DNA from: an uncultured Fibrobacterota bacterium
GTDB taxonomy: Bacteria > Fibrobacterota > Chitinivibrionia > Chitinivibrionales > FEN-1185
Assembly: GCA_963753345.1 (NCBI GenBank)
Contig: CAVWBU010000024.1
Span: 224,001 to 288,000 of the forward strand
Length of the DNA stretch: 64,000 nucleotides
Reading direction: 5' to 3'
The translations under genes were made by a program, and so were the position numbers. Position 1 is the first letter of the stretch. The number at the start of each line of letters is the position of its first letter. The notes below the pieces were generated by a model that was not told the DNA's origin, made no database searches, and saw nothing but the letters and a program-made list of their open reading frames with translations. This document shows, piece after piece, positions 21,006 through 30,654 of the stretch.

Positions 21006-22196
21006 GTGGAACTGACCCTCACGATTGAAAAAATGGTGCACGGAGGATTAGGGCTTTGCCGCACCGAAAACGGCATTGTTTTTGTTTCCGGCGCTCTCCC
21101 GGGTGAGACCGTCCGCGCAACGGTTGTGCATACCGCAAGCGGCAGGGCGCATGCCTCGGTTGCCGACATTGTAAAACCTTCGCCCTCTCGCCGGAAACCC
21201 GCATGCCCGTTTGCCGGAATCTGCGGCGGCTGCGACTGGCTTCATATCGAATACAAAGCGCAGGCCGCCATGAAGGCGGAAATCTTCCGGGAATGCCTCG
21301 GCCGGGTCGGCAAGATCGGCGAGGTGCCGGTTGTGGAAATCGTGGAGTCTCCCGAGTTCGGATACCGCCAGAGGGTGCAGTTCAAGCTCGACCGCGCCGC
21401 GCAGACCGCCGGTTTCTTCAGAAGGAAATCCTCAGACATCGTTTCCGTTTCCCGTTGTCCCGTTCTGTGCGACCGCCTCAATGAACTCCTGGCGGTCCTG
21501 CCTTCGCGCATGTCAAAATTGCCCCGCGACCTTTTTCAGGTGAAGGCGATGTGCGGCTCGCCGCCGCCGCCGGCGGAAGGCAAAGCGCACCCTGCGGAAA
21601 TCGCCTCCCATCCCGTCATTCCCGGCATTACCGTTCTGTCAACGATCATTGAAACGGGGGCGCGTCGGTTTTTCGTGGATGGCGAAAGCTTCTTCCAGGC
21701 AAACCGGTTTTTATGCGGAGCCATGGGACAATGGGCGGAACAGAATCTCAAGGGTGAAACCCTGTGGGACCTTTTCGGGGGAGGCGGGTTCTTCTCCGTG
21801 TTCCTCGGAAAGCAATTTACAAACGGAGTCTTGGTGGAAAGCGAACCGCGCTCCGCCTTAGAGGCGCGGAAGAACATGGCGGAAAACGGCATGGGCGGCA
21901 TACGCGTGGAGGCGCGGACCGTTGCAGATTTTCTTCGCGACGCGAAGAAGACCGGACTGCGCGCCGATTGCGTGGTGGTGGATCCGCCGAGAGAGGGGCT
22001 CCAGAAGGATGTCCGCGAGCTGCTCGCGGCCGTCGCGCCGTCCACGCTGTTGTACGTCTCCTGCGACCCCGCCACCCAGGCGCGCGACGCAGGCCACCTC
22101 ATGAGGTCCTGCGGCTACAATATAGAAAAAGCCGCGATATTTGACTGCTATCCGCAAACGCACCATCTGGAAACAATAGTGCTGCTCAAAAAGTAG
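21006..22196 (+). CDS. rlmD: 23S rRNA m5U methyltransferase (RlmD/TrmA family, TRAM domain)
   Basis: VFVSGALPGE, CPFAGICGGC Fe-S motif, SFFQAN, VVVDPPR, YVSCDPAT, catalytic PQTHHLE. Confidence 0.85.
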   Translation: MELTLTIEKMVHGGLGLCRTENGIVFVSGALPGETVRATVVHTASGRAHASVADIVKPSPSRRKPACPFAGICGGCDWLHIEYKAQAAMKAEIFRECLGRVGKIGEVPVVEIVESPEFGYRQRVQFKLDRAAQTAGFFRRKSSDIVSVSRCPVLCDRLNELLAVLPSRMSKLPRDLFQVKAMCGSPPPPAEGKAHPAEIASHPVIPGITVLSTIIETGARRFFVDGESFFQANRFLCGAMGQWAEQNLKGETLWDLFGGGGFFSVFLGKQFTNGVLVESEPRSALEARKNMAENGMGGIRVEARTVADFLRDAKKTGLRADCVVVDPPREGLQKDVRELLAAVAPSTLLYVSCDPATQARDAGHLMRSCGYNIEKAAIFDCYPQTHHLETIVLLKK

Positions 22197-22243
22197 CCGG
22201 ATTCCAAAACGAGTATGATTATTTTTCACTTGCGGGTTTCATC

Positions 22244-22639
22244 ATGAATACTGTCATTATAAGTGCAGGGTCGAACATCAACCCTCACGAAAACCTTTCA
22301 AAGGCCGAGGAACTCTTGGACAGGGACGTGCGCGTTCTTGCCTGCGCGAGCCGCCTCGTCACGAAACCCGTTGGATTCGCGGATCAGCCCGACTTCGTCA
22401 ACACCGCATTTCTCGTGGAAACCCCGCTCGACATCGCGCCGTTTACGGCATATCTGAAAAACGTTGAAACATCGCTGGGCCGTGTGCGAGGGCCGGAAAA
22501 ATCGGGCCCCCGCACCATCGACCTTGACATAGCGGTATTCAACGGATCGGTCGTGGACGAGGACGTTTTCGAAAGGAATTTTTTGCAAAAGCTGATTCTG
22601 GAAGTCGCGCCGCAGATGAAGGACAGGCTGGTGCGTTGA
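22244..22639 (+). CDS. folK: 2-amino-4-hydroxy-6-hydroxymethyldihydropteridine diphosphokinase
   Basis: SAGSNI, QPDFVN, GPRTIDLDI. Confidence 0.92.
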   Translation: MNTVIISAGSNINPHENLSKAEELLDRDVRVLACASRLVTKPVGFADQPDFVNTAFLVETPLDIAPFTAYLKNVETSLGRVRGPEKSGPRTIDLDIAVFNGSVVDEDVFERNFLQKLILEVAPQMKDRLVR

Positions 22640-22738
22640 CTGCAGGTTTTGGCGGGTCGTTTGCATGCGGCAAGAAGGTACGATTTATTTTATTGAACAC
22701 CATCCACGTTTCCCGCACCAAGGAAAGGAACAGCTTTC

Positions 22739-23479
22739 ATGCAGCACAGCCCAACCGACCAGACGCTTGTTCTCATCAAGCCCGACGCGCTCAAAAATTC
22801 CCTCACCGGCTACGTTCTATCGCTCCTTTCGGAATTTCACACCGGCCTTCGGTTCGCCGGCGTGAAAGTCGTGCATGTCAACAGGATGCTCGCCGAAGAG
22901 CACTATGCCGAGCACAAGGGAAAAGTCTTTTACCCTTCGCTCATAGAATACATCACCGGCCGCCTCCACTATGCCGATGACCCGTGGAAGCGGAGGGTGA
23001 TCGCCATGGTGTACCAGGGACAAGACGCCATAAAGAAGATACGCGAGATTGCCGGCCCCACCAACCCCCTCAGCGCACGTGAGAAGAAGCCCGGGTGCAT
23101 CCGGTCGCTCGGCACACTCGCGCCAATCAAGGACGAGGCGGGAAACATCCTTGGCGAACGCATGGACAACCTCATTCATGCTTCCGCAAACGAAGGCGAC
23201 GCGGAACGGGAGATAAAGCTGTGGTTCAGGCCTAACGACATTCCGCCGGCAATGCAGCCCTATGCGGCGGGCGAAAGCAACGAGCATTATTATTATAAGG
23301 AGGGCAAGCTGTTTACCTCCCACGAACCGGGCAGCGCGTGCATCCTTGCGCCCGGCGACATTGCATGGAAATCGGACCTTGACGTTCTGGGAAAGCTGTG
23401 CAATGGCGGAAAGCCCGCGTGTTCGCTGCAGGCGGTGGTGGCGAAATACCTTATTAATGAAGAATGGGAAAAGGATTAG
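22739..23479 (+). CDS. ndk: Nucleoside-diphosphate kinase with C-terminal extension
   Basis: TLVLIKPD, AEEHYAEHKGK, GPTNP, PGCIRS, catalytic NLIHAS, REIKLWF. Confidence 0.9.
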   Translation: MQHSPTDQTLVLIKPDALKNSLTGYVLSLLSEFHTGLRFAGVKVVHVNRMLAEEHYAEHKGKVFYPSLIEYITGRLHYADDPWKRRVIAMVYQGQDAIKKIREIAGPTNPLSAREKKPGCIRSLGTLAPIKDEAGNILGERMDNLIHASANEGDAEREIKLWFRPNDIPPAMQPYAAGESNEHYYYKEGKLFTSHEPGSACILAPGDIAWKSDLDVLGKLCNGGKPACSLQAVVAKYLINEEWEKD

Positions 23480-23955
23480 GAAACTTCTTAGGATATTCGC
23501 AAACGCGGCCGCTACTGAAGGGAGTGGCGAATATGGCGCTTGCACCTGCCGAATGCCAACCGTTACAATTTGCAAATCTTTTACCGAGCGCATTTGACAT
23601 AAAAGAAACGGACAATTGCGGTACGGTTCTGTGAATTAATTCCCTTGTTTTTGGTCGAGAACCGTGGTAAAATGATATTCTAATCCAGCCCTGCAATCTT
23701 TGCTCCAGAAAAAAAAATCGACTTTGGCTTCCCGCCATTTTTCGAAGAATGGTCTTACGTGTGGGAGCTTAAAGGGGAAAAGTGTCACCCAATATCCGGG
23801 CCGAAAAGGGACATTATCTGGTTGGCACCACACGTGAATGAAAATACAAAAGATATTAAAGATATTGAAGATAATCCCGGAAATGACATGTGAAACATAA
23901 TAGGGGGTCTGCGATCACTGGTTCAAAGTGGTTTATGATCTTCGAGGGGAATCTA

Positions 23956-26900
23956 ATGAAAAACTCAAAGATTTTTCTGTTATGTTTTTCTATCCTGTTC
24001 TGCATGGGGACAGGGCAAAGAGCATTTGCCGATCCAGACTCAACAAAATGGTATCTCGGCCAGACTGCTGTTTCCGGAGTGACCCCTTCTGCACAAGGTA
24101 ATCTGCAAGGAACCACCACAGGCTTCGGAACTGGATGGACACCAGTCGTTACTCTTTCAACAACCCCCTATTATTGGTATTCAAACACTCTGAATGGAAG
24201 TATCGCTTCAGGATCTTGGTATGATAGCATTATCACAAATGCTACTGCAGGTACAGTGTGCGTTTCAATCTATAAAACTAATAGTGATGGAAGTGGCGCG
24301 ACCATGATCTGCAGCACATCAGTAACCAACCACGGAGGAGGAAATAATTATGATCCCCTTTCCGTCTCAGGAGTCTCTGCAGTAAGTCTTTCCAATCAAC
24401 GTTTAAGGGTCGGAGTTTCAGCAAGTGCAGGGATCACCATGGCCTATGCAGTTACCGCTTTTGGCCTTGCTACGGGTGATGGACCAAGCATTAACTCGCC
24501 TCCTGTAACCTACGGACCCTCTGCTCCAACCGGTTTAACAGTAACTCCAGGAACGATAACCCAGACAGGTGCCGCATTTACATGGACAGCCGGTTCTGAC
24601 GGGGCATCATCATATAATCTCCAAGTGTCCACGAGTCCTACTTTTTCTTCACCAGTCGTAACTGCAACAATCAACAGCCCGACTACGAGCTATTCAACGA
24701 CAGCACTCACAGCAGGCACGACTTATTACTGGCAGGTCCAGGATGACTCATCAGGTATTTATGGTCCTTGGGCTGGTGGGCCAAGATTTGTAACATTTCC
24801 CGCAGCACCAAGTTTAACTTCTCCTTCAAGCGATACGACAAATGAATCTAGTTATGCCGACAATGCAATGGGGGTCTGTAACTGGCGCAACTTCTTATAC
24901 GTTAAAGATTTCAACTAATTCGGATTGTTCATCTCCTATTGATAGTCTATATGGTATTTCCTCAATATCACAAACCGTATCGTCTCCATTGTCAGCCAAC
25001 ACGCAATATTATTGGGAAGTCGGTGCAGTCGATAGTAGCGGAATAACATGGTCATCTTCTATTTGGAGTTTTACAACTGGCACTCCACCACCGATCCCAT
25101 CACCACCAACCGGCCTGGCAGTAGGAAGCATAACTTCAACAGGGGCGACATTTACATGGACTGGTTCAAGCGGAGCGACGTCATATAATCTCCAAGTGTC
25201 TACAAGTCCAACTTTCTCCCCTCTAGCCGTAAATGCAACAGGGATCACAGGCACGAGCTATTCAACCACGGCTTTGACGGCCGGCACGACCTATTATTGG
25301 CAAGTTAATGCCATGAATTCAGGCGGTCCAAGTTCATGGGCCATTCCCAGTCCGACAACATTTACAACCTTTGCTCCTCCCGCTTCAGCAAACGGATCGC
25401 TCAAAGACACGAACATCAAATATTTTGGCCGATGGGACAAGAGCGATACGACTGTCTACCATGGCTATTGGGGAGGGGCATATCTGAAGGTGAGGTTTAC
25501 AGGCACGACTGTCAAGATCAATTTAGGAAACAACCTGAGATATTATATAAAAATTGACGATAACCCATGGGTCAGGCTCATGACAGCCACCAATGGGACG
25601 AACAATCTCACTCCGACTCCCTTGGCTCAGGGAACGCATACATTGGTCGTCGCCCAGGGACAGGATGTCACCTACGATTTTGCCTTTAAGGGACTCATTC
25701 TGGACTCGGGGGCATACACCCTTCCCCCGACCGTGGAACTGACCTTATTGAGTGGATCGGCGATTCCATAACCGACGGGTACATTGATTCCATGAGCGAG
25801 TGTCGGCGTATGCCTGGATATGCGCCGAGTCGCTTGGCTGCGAGCACACTCAAATTGCCTATGTCGGTATCTCACTCGTTAACGGATACGGACAGCAGCA
25901 TACCACAGGAATGACTACGCAATATTTCAAGCTGCAGGACATCAGTTACGGGGCGTCCGTCAATTGGAACTTTTCGCTATACACCCCCAAAGTCGTCGTC
26001 ATAAATCTCGGCACCAACGACGGAGAGACCGGGAAGCCGACGGACATATACCAGAGCACGTATATTACTTTTCTGGACAGCATCCGGGCGAAATTTCCTA
26101 AGGCCAATATATTCGTCCTGGTACCCAACGCGGGATATATGAGAGCACAAGACTCGGCCGCATATCTTGCCCGGCTCGCAGCAGGCGACAGCGGGGTTCA
26201 TTATCTAAATACAACGGGCTGGCTGACGAGTGCCTATCTGGAACCCGATGGGATCCATCCCAACGAAAGCGGACATGCCAAGCTCGCCGGTTTATTGGGG
26301 CCGTTTATCTCCCCGTATCTGACTCCCTCGCCCCCTATTATAAATCCTGACGGCGGCACCTATTCTGATTCCGTGAGTGTCACTATGTCTGCGAAGAACG
26401 GGACGATACGATACACGCTCGATAACTCAAATCCGTCCAGGAATTCCACGCAATATACCGCTCCATTCACCATAAAGACAACCACGACTGTGAAGGCCTG
26501 TTCATTCACGTCGAAGGACAGCAGCGCCGTGGCGTCAGGATCGTTCGTCATAATAACAAACGGTCAATTAGCGGTCCAATCAATTTCTCCATCCTCCGGA
26601 ATAAATAACGCCCCGGTCCAGATAACCAACTTGAGCGGCTTGAATTTCATTGCCGGCGCAACCGTCAAACTGGCAAAGGCGGGGCAGGCCGATATCAATG
26701 CAACCAACGTGTTGGTTGTTTCTTCAACCAAAATCACTTGCACTTTTGATATCACAAATGCTGCGCCCGGCGCATGGGATATCGTTGTTGTCAATCCCGA
26801 CACAAAAAGCGGCACACTCAGCCAGGGCTTTACGGCGTCTTCTCCGCCGCCGGTTCTGGTATCCCCCGCCAACAACGCGACCAACGTCAGCCTGACCCCG

Positions 26901-28628
26901 ACTTTGATATGGCACAAGGCTACAAACGACTCCCTTTACACGGTGCAACTTTCAGCTTCATCGGGATTCTCGCCGTTGTTGGTAAATAACAATCAAGTTT
27001 CCGATACCTCGTTCGCTTTATCGCCGTCCGTGCTTTCAAATAATTTTTCCTATTATTGGAAAGTGGCCAGTACCAAAAAAGGCGGCGAGATCACGGTTTT
27101 CTGCACGCCTTGGACCTTTACCACTGTTCCAGCCATTCCCGGCGTTCCTAATTGCCTTTCGCCCGCAGCAGGCGCAACAAATGTTGCCTTAACTGCTCCG
27201 CTCATTTGGAGCAAGGTGGCGGGAGCGATTTCTTATCATACTCAAATCGCAACTGACACCGGTTTCACGGTCGTCGTGAAGGACAGCGCCGGCCTGTCGG
27301 ACACCACACTTGCATTGAGCGGATTTGCAAACAACACCCGTTATTTCTGGCGCGTTCAGGCCATAAACCCGGGCGGCGCAAGCGCCTGGTCCGTCGACAG
27401 CTTCACCACCATTGCGCCACAATCGGTCATTGCCAACGTGGGCTGGAACATGGTCTCCTTTAACATGCAGCCGAAAGATTCCTCATGCGCCACGATATTC
27501 GGCAATCTGCCGGGCCTTGTGCTTGTCAAGAACAACGGCGGACAGGTCTACTGGCCCGCCCTTCCCCTCAATACGATAGTAAGCGTGGCGACCGGCCAGG
27601 GATACCAGCTCTACACGGACACGCTTGACACAATCGTGATACCGGGCAATCCCTGCAATGTGGCAACGACGCCTGTTTCGCTTGGCGCAGGATGGAACAT
27701 GTTCGCCTATCTGCCGCAATCTTCCATGGCCCTCACGACCGCTTTGGCAGGCATAACCTCCCAGATCACCATAGTGAAAAACAACGGCGGCCAGGTGTAT
27801 TGGCCCGCATTGTCGATAAACAATATCGGCACAATGATCCCTGGCCAGGGATACATGGCTTGCATGAACCAGGCTGCCGTGCTCACCTATCCGAACGCAG
27901 GCACGCCAAAGAAGGCGGCGATTGCCGATAAAACAATCGCGCTTCCTCTTGCCAAGCATTATGCGCTCAGCAAGAACACCGGCGCCAATGCCACGGTGCT
28001 TGCGACCAGTGTGCTGTTGAACGGCAAACCTGCCCCGGACGGGTGCGAAGTGGGGGCCTATGACGCCAAGGGCAATCTGGCCGGGTCCGGGGTCGTCATG
28101 AGGGGCGTGACCGCGTTTTCGGTATGGGGCATTGATTCCCGCACAAAGGTCAAGGATGGACTTACAGACGGAGAAGACATTACCCTGAAAGTGTGGAACG
28201 GATCCAAAGAGTATCCTCTGGAATTCAGCCCAAGCAACCCAAGGGGTGTAGCAACAGGTCAAGCAGGCGGCGGAGTTGTCCCGGCCAAGCAACTCACCTA
28301 CAATGGGAATGGAATCTATATTGGAAGCCTTTCAGTCCCAAGCTTCTATTTCATCAAGCAGTTTGCCCTGCATGGAACATGCGCGGGCATTAACGGTCTG
28401 GTGAAAATCATGTTTGACGTGCCGTATGACAACAAGGACATGCATAACGTGGCAATCAATCTCTTTGACGTGAGCGGACGTTCGGTGCGGCGGATTGCAT
28501 CCGGCGCGTACCCTGCGGGCCATTACACGGTCACCTGGAACGGCTCGACCACGGGCACAGGGATATACATCGTGCAGATGAAGGCCGAGAGCTTTGACAG
28601 CAAGGCGCGGTTGATGATTGTCAGATAA
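23956..28628 (+). pseudogene. Large secreted multidomain protein (FN3 repeats, CE2-like SGNH esterase, chitobiase/Fn3-associated and IPT-like domains, T9SS-like CTD) broken by three frameshifts near 24850, 25735 and 25798
   Basis: Signal peptide, FN3 motifs (SYNLQVST..F, YYWQV), YFGRWD, VVINLGTND and DGIHPN. The motif IEWIGDSITDGY is readable only in an intermediate frame at 25741-25797. Confidence 0.75.
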
Positions 28629-28640
28629 GGAATAAAATTC

Positions 28641-28672
28641 CCCGCTCTCGCGTTTTTAAAGGAGCGGGTTTT
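28641..28672 (+). terminator. Possible intrinsic terminator
   Basis: CCCGCTC...GAGCGGG stem followed by TTTT just after the stop at 28628. The loop is long. Confidence 0.4.
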
Positions 28673-28714
28673 CCGAGAAAAACAGAATCAGTCCAAGGAA
28701 CCCGGAGGATTTTA

Positions 28715-30421
28715 ATGACGTTCTTAAAAGTCGGAAGGGCCGTCATACACGGTGTGGCAATCATGTCCCTGATAATGGCCGCGGCTGTTTACAGCCAGAC
28801 CCATTTTACTTTCACCTCGAATACGGGCAACAACATGACGGTGGGTATCCAAGCATCAATCAATCCCACGGTGAATGGAACCGCCATAGCCACTGGTGAC
28901 GAAATTGGAGTATTTGACGGCAGTTTGTGCGTGGGCGCGTGCGTGTGGACAGGAAGCACCACAGCCATAACAGTCTGGGGAGCCTGCTCAAACCCCGCGA
29001 TTGTGGGCGCCACAGTGGGCGATACACTCAAGTACAGGGTTTGGCACGTGTCAACGTCCCAAGAAATTCCTGCCATCGTCACCTATTCGTCAGGCGGACC
29101 GACATACTCCGTCAACGGAATCGCCGTCCTGGCGAGTTTGGTCGCAAATACCTATGCGGTTACCTACAACGGCAACGGGAGTACCGGCGGCGCGGTGCCT
29201 GTTGATGCGAACAACTATCAGCAGGGAGCTACCGTTACGGTTCTTGGCAACACGGGAAGTCTTGTCAAGACCGGTTATACCTTTTCCGGATGGAACACTG
29301 CAGCAAACGGCACCGGTACGAGTTACGCTGCCGCCGTAACTTTCACTATGGGAACGGCGAATGTCACCCTTTATGCGCAGTGGACGTTAATTCCGACTTA
29401 TACGATGACCTACAGCGGCAACGGGAGTGCCGGCGGCACAGTGCCGACTGATGCGAACAGTTATCAGCAGGGAGCTACCGTTACGGTTCTTGGCAACACG
29501 GGAAGTCTTGTCAAGACCGGTTATACCTTTTCCGGATGGAACACTGCAGCAAACGGCACCGGTACGAGTTACGCTGCCGCCGTAACTTTCACTATGGGAA
29601 CGGCGAATGTCACCCTTTATGCGCAGTGGACGTTAATTCCGACTTATACGATGACCTACAGCGGCAACGGGAGTGCCGGCGGCGCGGCGCCGACTGATGC
29701 GAACAGCTATCAGCAGGGAGCTACGGTCACGGTGCTTGGCAACACGGGAAGTCTCGTGAGGACCGGTTATACCTTTGCCAAGTGGAACACTGCCGCAGAC
29801 GGAAGCGGCACGAATTATGCGCCACTGGCAACTTTCCCCATGGGAACGGCGAATGTCACCCTTTATGCGCAGTGGAACATAACTACCTTTACACTTTCAT
29901 TAGCGCATGTCATTGGAACCGCCGCTCCGGTTGCCGACAGAGATACCACAGTCAATTACGGGGACACGGTGCGGGTGACCGCGCCCGCGATATCCGGAGA
30001 CATTTTTGTGGTATGGAGAATTACTGCTGGGACAGCCGCGTTGGTCGATTCAACCGCCCAGCCCGCAAAGCTTGTTCTGACCAGCGGCGATGCAACGCTG
30101 ACCGCGGTGTATGATGTAGCGAGCGCAGTCTTGAACAGAAGGAATTCTCTGCCCACATCGTTCGATTTTTCCTATAATGCCAGGCTCTCCAGCATCCGAA
30201 TAGCCGTGCCGCGCATCGCCGGATATTCCAGTGTTTTGGTGCGCGTCGGTCTTTTCGATGCGAAAGGACGTCTCCTGTCGATTCTTGTCGATAGGGAAAT
30301 GCAGGCGGGTTATTATGACCTGAGGTTGAATGAAGGGAAAAGTGCGATGCCGGTTTGGGGTATTTGCAGAATGGACGCGAAGGGTTTCAGCAGGACGGTA
30401 AAGGTGACATGCGCAAGGTAA
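28715..30421 (+). CDS. Secreted protein with three InlB-B/Listeria-Bacteroides-type repeats and CTD-like tail
   Basis: GGAGG RBS, signal peptide, repeats containing GYTFSGWNTAANG.GT.Y...TLYAQW, and a LFDAKGRLL tail. Confidence 0.85.
   Translation: MTFLKVGRAVIHGVAIMSLIMAAAVYSQTHFTFTSNTGNNMTVGIQASINPTVNGTAIATGDEIGVFDGSLCVGACVWTGSTTAITVWGACSNPAIVGATVGDTLKYRVWHVSTSQEIPAIVTYSSGGPTYSVNGIAVLASLVANTYAVTYNGNGSTGGAVPVDANNYQQGATVTVLGNTGSLVKTGYTFSGWNTAANGTGTSYAAAVTFTMGTANVTLYAQWTLIPTYTMTYSGNGSAGGTVPTDANSYQQGATVTVLGNTGSLVKTGYTFSGWNTAANGTGTSYAAAVTFTMGTANVTLYAQWTLIPTYTMTYSGNGSAGGAAPTDANSYQQGATVTVLGNTGSLVRTGYTFAKWNTAADGSGTNYAPLATFPMGTANVTLYAQWNITTFTLSLAHVIGTAAPVADRDTTVNYGDTVRVTAPAISGDIFVVWRITAGTAALVDSTAQPAKLVLTSGDATLTAVYDVASAVLNRRNSLPTSFDFSYNARLSSIRIAVPRIAGYSSVLVRVGLFDAKGRLLSILVDREMQAGYYDLRLNEGKSAMPVWGICRMDAKGFSRTVKVTCAR
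29147..29880 (+). repeat. Three tandem 246-bp coding repeats (82 aa each)
   Basis: The TATCAGCAGGGAGCTAC anchor recurs at 29216, 29462 and 29708. Copies 1 and 2 look essentially identical over most of their length. Confidence 0.95.
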
Positions 30422-30654
30422 AAATCGAAAAGGTTTTCTTGCAGGTCTACGACATAATAAGTGCAGCAAGAAATTGTGGTATCTATTTTGGTAACTATTC
30501 CCATCGCGTCTATGGCGAACAGGGCGCTTCCGCCTGCCGATTTCATTATGCAAACACCATATGCACTTTGTCAATATGACTTATCGCCCAAAGGTCGCCC
30601 GGTCTCAAACGCCCTATCGCCAAGGTGCCTGCGGAAAAAACCAACCCCTGCCCG

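Noticed and set aside
23720-23760. c-di-GMP-I riboswitch (ACCATTC..CGAAA..TGG on the minus strand)
   Set aside because: It lacks the GGCAAAC and GACGCAAA context and is on the wrong strand for the downstream gene.
23822-23840. Sigma54 promoter TTGGCAC
   Set aside because: The -12 position reads TGA rather than TGC, so there is not enough support.
29147-29880. Tandem repeats as a CRISPR or non-coding array
   Set aside because: The units are 246 bp, in frame and without spacers, and no cas genes are in the window.
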